NCBI GenBank assembly: GCA_963749155.1
Contig: CAVVLO010000002.1
Span: 64,001 to 128,000 of the forward strand
Direction: 5' to 3'
Source of the DNA: an uncultured Armatimonadia bacterium
Lineage (GTDB): Bacteria > Armatimonadota > Zipacnadia > CAVVLO01
Length of the DNA: 64,000 nt
Shown: piece by piece, positions 40,308 through 49,654 of the stretch
How the letters are laid out: the number at the start of each line of letters is the position of its first letter
Numbering within the stretch: the stretch's first letter is position 1
Notes under the pieces: generated by a model
The model's input: the letters and a program-made list of their open reading frames with translations, nothing else
What the model was told of the DNA's origin: nothing
Databases searched by the model: none
Program-made: the position numbers and the translations under genes

Positions 40308-42656
40308 GTGGAAATCTTGAGATTCGCGCTTGGGCTTGGATTGCTTTGCCTGTTGATTGCCAGGTCAGCCTTGTCTCAGGAAGAGATGCCTCCTGAGCAT
40401 GTCTTCTGGTGCGAGGCTGAGCTCTTCGCGGGGGCAGGTTGGAACCCCACCGGCTTCCTGCCCGCCTCGGCCGGCGAATCGCTGATTGGCAACGCCAGCG
40501 CAGGCAAGCGCACCTTTAGGCTCGGGATCCCCCTCGAGCCGCCTTTTCACTTCTGGGTACGTGTTTACAACGCTACCGACCCGCGCCAGGTACTCGTCAC
40601 TGTTAACGACCGAGCCGGTATTGAACTTGGTAAAGGGCCTGATGGCTGGGAGTGGCACGACCTGGGCGAATTCGACACCTGCAATCTGACAGTAAGTCTG
40701 GAGGGCCTTGGGCAGCCGCCCTGGGATGCCATACTTGATACCTTCGCAGCCTCCAACTTGCCTGACTGGACACCCCCAGCTGAACAGCCGACAGGTTATT
40801 TCGGTTATGGAGAAAGCCAATTACAGCCTGATAAGGAAAATCAGGGCTTTATCGCGGTGGGTAATCTCTCAGTTGATGTGATCAGCTACTCTCCCCAAGG
40901 CTCCCATCCCGATCCTGCCTGGAAACCAACGCTGCCAGAGGCGGACTATCTGAGGAAGTGCTCCGAGTATGGCGTGCGCGCTTATGATGACTATATCGGC
41001 TGGCAGGTGATAGAGCCCGAGCCAGGCCAATTAGATTTCTCCTGGCATGATGCGATGAAGCAACGATTGAACGAAGCAGGGATGCAGTCTTCGGGCTACC
41101 CCTGGTTCCACGTTACGCCGACCTGGTTGCGTGATCCGGCGGCGCTTGAACCAATGCGCTGCAACGCTCATGGCGAGGCGACCAACCAGCCATCCATCTG
41201 GGATCCGCGGACCCTGGAGCAGTATGGAAGACTCTATCAAGAGGTCGCGGCTCACTGGGGAGACGAATTGGACTTCTGTTACGCCTGTCTGCTTGGGCCA
41301 TATGCCGAGGGCAATTTCCCCTTGCCTTACAGCAACTTTGTGGTAGACCTTGGTCACGCACATGAAGGTTACTGGTGTGGCGATCCCCTTGCAAAGCAGG
41401 CCTGGCACAACCAGCTGCGCAGCAAATATGGCACTGTGGAAAGCCTTAACTCCGCCTGGGGTACCGACTATGCATACTTCGGCGCAACAGGATTCCCAGA
41501 GGAGATTTCCTCAGGTACGGTGCTGAGTGCCGAACAGCGCTCAACACCCGAGGCCAGGTGTCAGTGGCTTGATTTTATCACCTGGTATTACGACTCTCTG
41601 GTGCAATTCTCGGCAGGCAGTGTTGCACTTGCTGCCCAGGCCTTTGGTGCGGACCGGACAGGCGCCAAACCAGGGGGTAACAGCGGCGGTATCAACCCGC
41701 TCTCCTGGGGCACCTACTGTCCACTCTTCGTGAAAGCTCTGGCGCCTTATCATGTCCGACTTCAATTTGCCGATTCGCAAGGCGGCTATTTTGCGGACAA
41801 GTGGATGACAACTTTGTGCAAGTTTAAGCAGGTAGAGTTCCACACAGAAGCCGCCGGATGGCTCGATCAGATCAGCTTCCTAAGGCGGTGTTTCTCGGAC
41901 GCCTCCTGTGGAGCCAGTGGCCTTTTCACTTACCAACTCAATCAACATCTCCCGGCAGCTCAGCGTTATGCTCACCTCTATACAGGCCAGGCCGGAGTAA
42001 CCGATGTCGCCTGTTTCCTTCCGACAACCTGGTATCTGCTTGGAGGGGACGTTAGTCAATCGATCATACTGGGCACAGCCCTGCGCGAGATTACCGATTT
42101 TGATGTCGCTGATGAGGTGCTTCTTGCCGAGGGACTCCTTGACCAATACCGAGTGTTGATTTTACTGCAGAGTGGGGTGCTTGGCGACGAAGCCCTCTCT
42201 ACCCTCGAGGAGTGGGTGAAGTGCGGCGGTCTGCTCATCTGGTGGTCAGGGGGAGAGCTTTCAGATGTCTCAGGTAGACCCGCAAGCTTGCTCAACCCCG
42301 TGCCAAGGCTCGAGGTGGCAGGCAAGTCCTGGCAAGAGCTTGCCAAGCTAGTTAGCACAACGACTTCGACTCAAATTGGGAAAGGCTGGGTGCTCCGGCT
42401 GCCTCCAGAGGCAGACCAGGAGGCTCTGGACGAAGTCACCAGGCTGGCTGTCTACCATTCGGATGCACTGCCAGGCGGTCCTCGGCCAGCGCCAGAACTA
42501 GATTCGTTGCGCGATGAAGTATGGGCGACACTCTTTGAGGACAAGGCCTTGTTCCTGAATCAGGGCGACAAGCCAAAGAGCGTCAGTTACTTCCTGGATG
42601 GCAAGCAATACCAGGTAGAACTGGTGCCTTATCGGCTGGTTGAAGTACCACGTTAG
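40308..42656 (+). CDS. Secreted glycoside hydrolase, GH42/GH14-like
   Basis: AGGAGG RBS, signal peptide, IEPEPGQLDFSW, LGPYAEGNFP, KYGTVESLNSAWGT, FHTEA, C-terminal GH42 trimerisation-like domain. Confidence 0.7.
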   Translation: MEILRFALGLGLLCLLIARSALSQEEMPPEHVFWCEAELFAGAGWNPTGFLPASAGESLIGNASAGKRTFRLGIPLEPPFHFWVRVYNATDPRQVLVTVNDRAGIELGKGPDGWEWHDLGEFDTCNLTVSLEGLGQPPWDAILDTFAASNLPDWTPPAEQPTGYFGYGESQLQPDKENQGFIAVGNLSVDVISYSPQGSHPDPAWKPTLPEADYLRKCSEYGVRAYDDYIGWQVIEPEPGQLDFSWHDAMKQRLNEAGMQSSGYPWFHVTPTWLRDPAALEPMRCNAHGEATNQPSIWDPRTLEQYGRLYQEVAAHWGDELDFCYACLLGPYAEGNFPLPYSNFVVDLGHAHEGYWCGDPLAKQAWHNQLRSKYGTVESLNSAWGTDYAYFGATGFPEEISSGTVLSAEQRSTPEARCQWLDFITWYYDSLVQFSAGSVALAAQAFGADRTGAKPGGNSGGINPLSWGTYCPLFVKALAPYHVRLQFADSQGGYFADKWMTTLCKFKQVEFHTEAAGWLDQISFLRRCFSDASCGASGLFTYQLNQHLPAAQRYAHLYTGQAGVTDVACFLPTTWYLLGGDVSQSIILGTALREITDFDVADEVLLAEGLLDQYRVLILLQSGVLGDEALSTLEEWVKCGGLLIWWSGGELSDVSGRPASLLNPVPRLEVAGKSWQELAKLVSTTTSTQIGKGWVLRLPPEADQEALDEVTRLAVYHSDALPGGPRPAPELDSLRDEVWATLFEDKALFLNQGDKPKSVSYFLDGKQYQVELVPYRLVEVPR

Positions 42657-43339
42657 CCGGCGCCTGGGCCTGAGAAGCAGGCAAGCAGTTCGTCGAAGCT
42701 CGAAACTAGCAACTCGGCGCCATAATCGCGAACTTGCTGCGCGCCGATGGGCCCCCAGGTTACGCCAACAGCCAGCACGCCAGCTGCTAGTGCCGATTGG
42801 ACATCTCCCCTGCTGTCACCCACCATCGCGACCTGCTCAGGACTCTTGTCCAGCCTGCGCAGAGCTTCCAGTATTGGCTCCGGATGAGGCTTGTGGCGCT
42901 GGGTTGAGGAGACATCCAGCACCACAGCCATCAGGCCTTGCAGCTTGTACTGCTCTAGCGCCCGGAGAGTGGTGTCTGGATTTTTGGAAGTAACTACCCC
43001 CAGCGTATAACCGCGCCGGCTCAACTCAGCCAATGCCTCCAGCGCGCCAGGATAGGCGGCCATATAGTCGTCATGGTATTGCATATAGAGACCGCGATAA
43101 CGAGTTACAAGTTGGTCTGTCAGGGCAGGATCCTGAGTATATTCCTGTACCTGGTCGCGTAAAGGCAGGCCAAACACTGCCCGGAAACTCTCGAGTGGCA
43201 ATTCGACCTGAAGCAGCTCTCTCAAGGCCTGATGGAAAGACCGGTAGATAAGCTCGAAGCTGTCGATAACTGTCCCATCGAGATCGAAGAGCAGCGTATC
43301 CACCGCGGCAAGCCTGGTTGTTCTAGAGGTAGCAGTCAC
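42653..43339 (-). CDS. HAD-IA hydrolase (PpaX/Gph-like)
   Basis: FDLDGT, VTSK, KPHP, VGDS..D. Confidence 0.9.
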   Translation of the reverse strand: MTATSRTTRLAAVDTLLFDLDGTVIDSFELIYRSFHQALRELLQVELPLESFRAVFGLPLRDQVQEYTQDPALTDQLVTRYRGLYMQYHDDYMAAYPGALEALAELSRRGYTLGVVTSKNPDTTLRALEQYKLQGLMAVVLDVSSTQRHKPHPEPILEALRRLDKSPEQVAMVGDSRGDVQSALAAGVLAVGVTWGPIGAQQVRDYGAELLVSSFDELLACFSGPGAG

Positions 43340-43995
43340 TTGCCGAGCTTCTCCAGCAGCTTGTGGGGCGCCTCGTCAAGCACCTGACGAACTTGCTCTC
43401 CAGTCAATCCTGCACCTCGAGCAATCCCATATTGAAGCTTCTCGTCCAGCAGATCGCCAGGCGCGTGGGAGTCCGAGTCCACCACAAGCAGTGCCCCTGT
43501 TGCCATACCCAAACGCGCCACGTGGCCGTTGGTCAGACAGTGACCGTTACGACGCGACAGTTCGAGTGCCACCTTGTTCCTGGCGGCCAAACGCGCATCG
43601 TCCTCGGCAAGCAGTCCGGGATGCGCCAGGATATCCACATCAGTCGAACTGACGGCGGCATGATTTGTGCCTTCCGGTACGGGCTCCACGATGGTCTCGC
43701 CGTGCACGACCACCAGGTCAGCGCCCAGGGCCTTGGCCTCGCGAGCCAGTTCCGGGATCGTTTCAGGCGGACAGTGAGTAAGCTCAACTCCAGTCAGCAC
43801 TACGATATCCCAGTACTTATTGGCATTTGCCGCATCAGCCCGTACTTCCTTGATTATTCGCTCGAGCGTACTCGGTCCAGCGTGATCGGTTATGCCCATA
43901 ACACAGCAGCCCTTCACTGCATACCGTCGGATGAGTTCCATCGGCAGCAGCACGCCATCGCTTAGGAAAGTATGAGTATGAAAATCGTAGAGCAT
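43336..43995 (-). CDS. PHP-domain phosphoesterase (histidinol-phosphatase-like)
   Basis: DFHTHT, SDG, TDH, GVELTH, VHGET, LAHPG, DSDSH. Confidence 0.85.
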   Translation of the reverse strand: MLYDFHTHTFLSDGVLLPMELIRRYAVKGCCVMGITDHAGPSTLERIIKEVRADAANANKYWDIVVLTGVELTHCPPETIPELAREAKALGADLVVVHGETIVEPVPEGTNHAAVSSTDVDILAHPGLLAEDDARLAARNKVALELSRRNGHCLTNGHVARLGMATGALLVVDSDSHAPGDLLDEKLQYGIARGAGLTGEQVRQVLDEAPHKLLEKLGK

Positions 43996-44064
43996 TGGCG
44001 CTCCCTCCGAGCCCAGGATGCCCCTATATTAGAGAGCCGGGACGCCTTCGGCAAGGTAGCCTCG

Positions 44065-44094
44065 TTGACCTTGGTGAAATCGCTATGTTATGGT
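44065..44094 (+). promoter_or_regulatory. sigma70-type promoter of cimA
   Basis: TTGACC-18 bp-TATGGT with TG extension. Confidence 0.5.
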
Positions 44095-44158
44095 GGACTG
44101 GCTGGGGGGAACAATCCCCAGTCTTTTCCCTTTATGGGAAGAAGCAGGAGGGAGTCAG

Positions 44159-45739
44159 ATGTCAGCAAAACGAGTAGCTCTGTTCGATACGACCTTGCGC
44201 GATGGGGCCCAGGCCGAGGGAGTCAATTTCTCTGTCCAGGACAAGCTGCATATTGCACAGCTACTCGATGAGTTCGGCATTGATTACATCGAAGGCGGTT
44301 GGCCGAACCCAACCAATCCCAAGGACACCGAATTTTTCGAGCGGGCGCGCAAAGAAATCAAGTTCAAGCATGCCAAACTGACAGTTTTTGGCAGCACCAG
44401 GCGCGCCAAGAATACTGCCGAAGAGGACGACAACCTGCGCTTCCTGCTTGCGGCGGAGACCCCCGCTGTTGCAATTTTCGGTAAAAGTTGGGATCTGCAC
44501 GTTGATCACGTCTTGCGTGTAAGCCATGACGAAAATCTTCGGATGATCGAAGATTCCTGCCGCTTTCTGGCCCAGTCGGGACGCGAGGTCATATTCGATG
44601 CCGAGCATTTCTTTGATGGATTCAAAGCCAATCCAGAATATGCGCTTGCCACTCTCGAAGCAGCCTATCAGGGTGGAGCCCATATGGTCTGCCTTTGCGA
44701 TACCAATGGCGGCACAATGCCCTTTGAGTGCGCGGCCATCTGCAAAGAGATAGCTGACAGGTCCAGTGGACTTTGGGGCATCCACGTCCACAATGATAGT
44801 GGCTGCGCTGTTGCCAATACCCTGATAGGGGTTGAGATGGGCGCCTCCCAGGTGCAGGGCACGACCAATGGTTGGGGTGAGCGTTGTGGCAATGCCGACT
44901 TAATGACTGTCATCCCCAACCTGCAGCTCAAGCTGGGGCTTGCCGAAGTTTCAGAAGACCAACTCAATCGTATCACCGAGTTGTCCCGTCAGGTTAGCGA
45001 GATAGCCAATCTTGCCCACAACGAACGCGCCCCCTATGTAGGCGCAAGTGCTTTCGCTCATAAAGGCGGAATGCATATCAATGGCGTCTCCAAGGTCAGT
45101 CGGAGTTTCGAGCACGTGCCGCCTGAGAGTGTTGGCAACACCAGGCGGATCCTGGTTTCCGACCAATCAGGCGCAACAACCCTTATCCTTAAGCTGCAGA
45201 GCCGTTATCCCGAACTGGACAAGAGCGACAAGAAGGTCAGTGAGTTGTTGAATTACCTGAAAGAGCTGGAGGCACTCGGTTACCAGTTCGAGTCCGCCGA
45301 GGCTACTTTCGAGCTACTGGCCACCAAAGCTCTGGAGGATTATGTCGCGCCTTTCAACGTGACAGGCTTCCGCGTATTCGTGGGAGAACAAGGGGGGCAG
45401 CGCAACATAGAGGCCTCTGTGAAGGTTGCCGTTGAGGGCACGGAATTCCACACCGCCGCCGAGGGCAACGGGCCTGTGCATGCGCTCGATACCGCTCTGC
45501 GCAAAGCCCTGCGCAACTTCTATCCCGAAATAGACGACATCGAACTGACAGACTATAAAGTACGGGTGCTCGAAGCCAAATCAGGCACCGCTACAATTGT
45601 CCGAGTGCTTGTAGAAAGCAAGGACAACGAGGGCACCTGGGGTACCGTAGGTGCCTCTACCGATATCATCGAGGCCAGCTACCAGGCTCTGGTAGACAGC
45701 CTGGAATATGGTTTGCTGAGGCACAGACAGCAAGCTTGA
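44159..45739 (+). CDS. cimA: Citramalate synthase
   Basis: DTTLRDGAQ, YIEGGWP, GKSWDLHV, DAEHFFDG, HVHND, AFAHKGGMH, DYKVRVL. Confidence 0.9.
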   Translation: MSAKRVALFDTTLRDGAQAEGVNFSVQDKLHIAQLLDEFGIDYIEGGWPNPTNPKDTEFFERARKEIKFKHAKLTVFGSTRRAKNTAEEDDNLRFLLAAETPAVAIFGKSWDLHVDHVLRVSHDENLRMIEDSCRFLAQSGREVIFDAEHFFDGFKANPEYALATLEAAYQGGAHMVCLCDTNGGTMPFECAAICKEIADRSSGLWGIHVHNDSGCAVANTLIGVEMGASQVQGTTNGWGERCGNADLMTVIPNLQLKLGLAEVSEDQLNRITELSRQVSEIANLAHNERAPYVGASAFAHKGGMHINGVSKVSRSFEHVPPESVGNTRRILVSDQSGATTLILKLQSRYPELDKSDKKVSELLNYLKELEALGYQFESAEATFELLATKALEDYVAPFNVTGFRVFVGEQGGQRNIEASVKVAVEGTEFHTAAEGNGPVHALDTALRKALRNFYPEIDDIELTDYKVRVLEAKSGTATIVRVLVESKDNEGTWGTVGASTDIIEASYQALVDSLEYGLLRHRQQA

Positions 45740-45747
45740 GGCAGGCA

Positions 45748-47427
45748 CTAAACTTCGACTACGTGCGGCAGGATGACGGGCCTTCGGCCCGTCGTCTGCG
45801 TCAAGAAGCGTCTCGCAGTCTCAACAAGGCGACTCTGGAGTGTTGTGCTGGAGTAATTCTTACCTGCCACATCACGCGCAATCTGAGACAGGTTAACGGA
45901 CAACTCGGTAAGCAGGGCACTGGCGCGTGCTTCATCGGCACTGAAGCCCTTCCCCGTTACGGCAACCTCGACAAGGGGATCGCCAGTTTGCCCGTCAACA
46001 ACTGCCGAGATAATAATCACTCCCTCTTCAGCCAGGGCAAGGCGTTCGCGGAACAGGCTTCTATTCCAGGCGGTTATCTCGAGCCCATCCACCAGCAGCG
46101 ATCGGGCCTCGATTTCCTCGCCGAAGCGGACTAGCCCATCCTCCAGCTCCAGGACCTGGCCTGGGCGGACTACCATCACTTCTTCTGGCAAGAAGCCAAG
46201 CTCATCAACGGCCATCTCTTTAAAGAGATAGCTATGGCGTGGTTCTCCATGGATTGGTACAGCATAATTCGGCTTCGCCAGAGAACACATCAGCTTGATA
46301 CCCTCGCGCGCGGCATGACCTGACACATGGACACTGGCCAACCTATCGTACAAGACTCTCGCCCCTGCGCGGAAAAGTGAATTGATGACCTTGTAGACCA
46401 GCGCCTCGTTGCCTGGGATTGGCGAAGCCGACAGGACGACGGTATCGCCTTCCTGGATTTGGACATCAGAGTGCCGCCCAGCCGCCATCAAAGACAAACC
46501 GCTCATCGGTTCGCCCTGAGAGCCAGTACTCATTATTAGCACTTCTTCTGACGGCAAAAAACTGAGTTCTTCGCGGCTGATGAGATGATGCTCGGGCAGT
46601 TCGATAAGCCCAAGTCTTAGGGCCACTCGGACGTTCTTCTCCATACTATAGCCGCAAAGGAAAGTGCGTCGGCCACTTTCAACCGCCAGGCGCATAGTCT
46701 CGCCAATGCGATGCAGGTTGCTTGCGAAAGTTGCGACAATCACCCGGCCTGGCGCTTCTTCGATAATGCCCTTGAGCGTCTTCACCACTAGCTGCTCAGA
46801 GGGAGTGTAGCCAGGTTTTTCTACCCCGGTTACATCCACCATCAACAGGTCGACGCCTTCCTCGCCGGCTTGTGTGAGCCCCGCAAAGTCGGTCATATAG
46901 CTGCTTATAGGTGTTGGATCAAACTTGAAGTCGCCCGTATGCAGCACTCGGGCCGCAGGAGTCTCGATGACCAGCGCAAGCCCATCGGGGATGCTATGAC
47001 TAACCCTCAGGCACTGCACCTGGAAGGGGCCAAGTTCGAGCTTTGCCGGTGGTTCGACAGGATAAGAGTTGTAGTTTTCGAGCCCGGCCTCTTCCAGTTT
47101 TGCGGCAAGTAAGGCGAGGGTAAGCTCAGTGCCATAGATCTCGGCATGTTCCAACCGTTGCAGAAGATAGGCCACCGCTCCAATATGGTCCTCATGCCCA
47201 TGCGTCAGCACAACGGCCACCAGGTCTTCCTGGCGAGCGGTAACCAGGTCGAAGTCGGGTATGACGATATCTATCCCCAGCATATCCTGCTCCGGGAACT
47301 TCAACCCGCAATCAACCATCATCAGCTTCCCGTCATACTCATACAGGAAGCAGTTTTTGCCTATCTCCGCGGCTCCACCCAGTGGAGTTACACGCAAAGG
47401 ATTGTTGAAACCTGCCTGCTCGGTCAC
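45748..47427 (-). CDS. rnj: Ribonuclease J
   Basis: PLGG..EIGKN, THGHEDHIGA, HSIPD, TGDFK, TGSQGEP, HVSGH, PIHGE. Confidence 0.96.
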   Translation of the reverse strand: MTEQAGFNNPLRVTPLGGAAEIGKNCFLYEYDGKLMMVDCGLKFPEQDMLGIDIVIPDFDLVTARQEDLVAVVLTHGHEDHIGAVAYLLQRLEHAEIYGTELTLALLAAKLEEAGLENYNSYPVEPPAKLELGPFQVQCLRVSHSIPDGLALVIETPAARVLHTGDFKFDPTPISSYMTDFAGLTQAGEEGVDLLMVDVTGVEKPGYTPSEQLVVKTLKGIIEEAPGRVIVATFASNLHRIGETMRLAVESGRRTFLCGYSMEKNVRVALRLGLIELPEHHLISREELSFLPSEEVLIMSTGSQGEPMSGLSLMAAGRHSDVQIQEGDTVVLSASPIPGNEALVYKVINSLFRAGARVLYDRLASVHVSGHAAREGIKLMCSLAKPNYAVPIHGEPRHSYLFKEMAVDELGFLPEEVMVVRPGQVLELEDGLVRFGEEIEARSLLVDGLEITAWNRSLFRERLALAEEGVIIISAVVDGQTGDPLVEVAVTGKGFSADEARASALLTELSVNLSQIARDVAGKNYSSTTLQSRLVETARRFLTQTTGRRPVILPHVVEV

Positions 47428-47442
47428 CCTGTCACTTCCCAG

Positions 47443-49620
47443 TTAGTTTGCCAACTTTACCAGAACGCGAAGCCGCGCCTGAGTGTAACTTGAAGCATTG
47501 CGCGCGAAAGTCCAATCACGAGTCTCGCCAGTACTATTGCCAATTCCAATATCAGATGAGGAGCCGGAGCGCCAACTGTTGAAGGCCCATACAACCTGTC
47601 CCGCCTGGTAGTTGCCTACCTGCATCGAGCCATAGCCCTCGGCCGGATCACCGTATTGATCGCCAAAGTCCCAAAGCGAAGCTGACGCGTTCGGCACGTT
47701 GGCGGCATTGGGTTGGCCATAGTTGTGTGGCCAGAACTCGAGATTGCCACCCAATCCGGTGCCGTTTTGCACGCCAGTAACGTTGCTTATTACTTCAAGG
47801 TCCTCGACCAGCTGTTGAAAGACAGCGCCCGAAGCTACAGTTGGCACACCGATAAGCCTGGGATCCTGGGTAAAAGCCTTCATCGAAGTCCAGGCATACT
47901 GAACCGGGAGTTTATCCTGCTTCAACTCGAGGAAATAGGCTACCCGGTCGATTGGCCCTTTGATACTGGCGGAGTTATCCACATCATAGTTGATCTGACC
48001 GTTCAGTCCTGTCAGGTTGAGATCATATACAAGCTGGTACTCGCTCTGCTGCGGTACTTTCAGAGCGAGATAATCAATTTTCGGCACTTCACCAGCGCGG
48101 AACTGTAAAGCCGGGAAGCCCTCGACATTGGAGAGATTTGGCTCTGCGATCTTGTTCCAGCCGAAACGCACCGCGGTAGGTGCTGTGACCTCGGGAGCGG
48201 ACAATACAACCGAGTCGCCTTCGATGACGGCCTTGGCTACAGTCCAGTCAGTGCCTGGACCGATTATCTCAAACCAACTGAGAGGCTTGCCATCGCGCGA
48301 CACCAGCCCGCTGCCCGTGTCAGTGAAGCGGACGCGCAGCTCGTTGCCCTCCAGCTCCAGCGCGCTGAACCTGGGGCCACGACATACGAGCCCGGCCTGG
48401 CCGTAGTCGTTGGCCAGCGCCAAAGCTGCCATCCGCTTTCCTACGACCTGCTTATTGGTTGGATGGATGTCATCAATATTGCCTACGTCATAGCACAGCA
48501 CCTGACCAGTGCCTGAGATAGTCCGTTCGATGGCCGCCTGAGCTTCCCAGAACTCGGGCAAGATATTGGGGTTCTCTTCGCCATATCGGTATGGGGCAAT
48601 CTGGACATAGTAGTAAGTCAGATTGGGCAAGCCCCACTTGGCGCGCCAGCCCTCGATAAGAGCCTTCGTCTTATCTACATAGAGCATCCCCTCTCCGTGG
48701 TTGGACTCGCCCTGATACCAGAGAGAGCCGCGCATCGCATAGGGGACAAGCGGATTCAGCATTGCGTTGTAAAGGGTCGTTGGCGCAGTCCACTCGGTTA
48801 AGGGAAGCAAGTCGGCAGGATAAGCTGGAGCAGCCGCCAGCACGGTTTCATCGGCGCGCGCCGCGCGGGCTGTGACAAGCCACTCGTCAAGCTGGGCCAG
48901 GTAGGCGTCCAGGCGAGTCTTGTAAGCCGACGATGAAGGGTGGGTCAGCCTGACGCGATCCTGTATGCCAGTCAAGGTTGGGATGCCCTGGTAGCCCTCA
49001 AAAGGCACCCAGGGATCAATCGCCGAGCCACCCCAGGAGCTATTGAGCAAACCAATTGGTACTCCCAGCTCCTCCTCCAGATTGACAGCAAAGAAATAGC
49101 CTACGGCCGTCCAGCCGCCAACTGTATTTGGCGCGGATACCTGCCAGGTAGCTTCCACATCCTCCTGCGGGAAACCAGCAGTCACATGCGGTATTTTTAT
49201 TTGCCTGATGTTGGGCCTGTCCGCTGCAGCCAGTTCCTGCGCAGCGTTTACGACTCCCCCAACCGACCATTCCATATTTGACTGACCCGAACACAGCCAC
49301 ACTTCACCGAAAACCACATCGGTGAAGACGATCTGGTTGGCTCCTGTCACGGTCAGAGTGCGCGCCGGACCAGCTTCATGCGCCGGCAACTTGACCTGCC
49401 ACTTGCCCGCGGCATCGGCGGTAGTCACAACCGCTTGTTCTCCATCGAGCTGCACAGACACCTGCTCGCCAGGCGCAGCCCAGCCCCACACGGGCACGGG
49501 CAGCTGACGTTGCAAGACCATATGGTCACCGAAGACATGCGGCAGGCGCACATCGGCGCTTACCCAGGCAGCAAGCAGTATTACCAGCATTACCAAAGTT
49601 AGAGCCAATAACGTTCTCAT
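47443..49620 (-). CDS. Secreted sialate O-acetylesterase (SGNH) with extra C-terminal domain
   Basis: Signal peptide, GDHMVLQR, GEVWLCSGQSNM, WYQGESN, DIHP; about 210 aa tail. Confidence 0.88.
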   Translation of the reverse strand: MRTLLALTLVMLVILLAAWVSADVRLPHVFGDHMVLQRQLPVPVWGWAAPGEQVSVQLDGEQAVVTTADAAGKWQVKLPAHEAGPARTLTVTGANQIVFTDVVFGEVWLCSGQSNMEWSVGGVVNAAQELAAADRPNIRQIKIPHVTAGFPQEDVEATWQVSAPNTVGGWTAVGYFFAVNLEEELGVPIGLLNSSWGGSAIDPWVPFEGYQGIPTLTGIQDRVRLTHPSSSAYKTRLDAYLAQLDEWLVTARAARADETVLAAAPAYPADLLPLTEWTAPTTLYNAMLNPLVPYAMRGSLWYQGESNHGEGMLYVDKTKALIEGWRAKWGLPNLTYYYVQIAPYRYGEENPNILPEFWEAQAAIERTISGTGQVLCYDVGNIDDIHPTNKQVVGKRMAALALANDYGQAGLVCRGPRFSALELEGNELRVRFTDTGSGLVSRDGKPLSWFEIIGPGTDWTVAKAVIEGDSVVLSAPEVTAPTAVRFGWNKIAEPNLSNVEGFPALQFRAGEVPKIDYLALKVPQQSEYQLVYDLNLTGLNGQINYDVDNSASIKGPIDRVAYFLELKQDKLPVQYAWTSMKAFTQDPRLIGVPTVASGAVFQQLVEDLEVISNVTGVQNGTGLGGNLEFWPHNYGQPNAANVPNASASLWDFGDQYGDPAEGYGSMQVGNYQAGQVVWAFNSWRSGSSSDIGIGNSTGETRDWTFARNASSYTQARLRVLVKLAN

Positions 49621-49654
49621 TACACGAGTGCCTCCAGAACTGGGGTAGTTGGGC

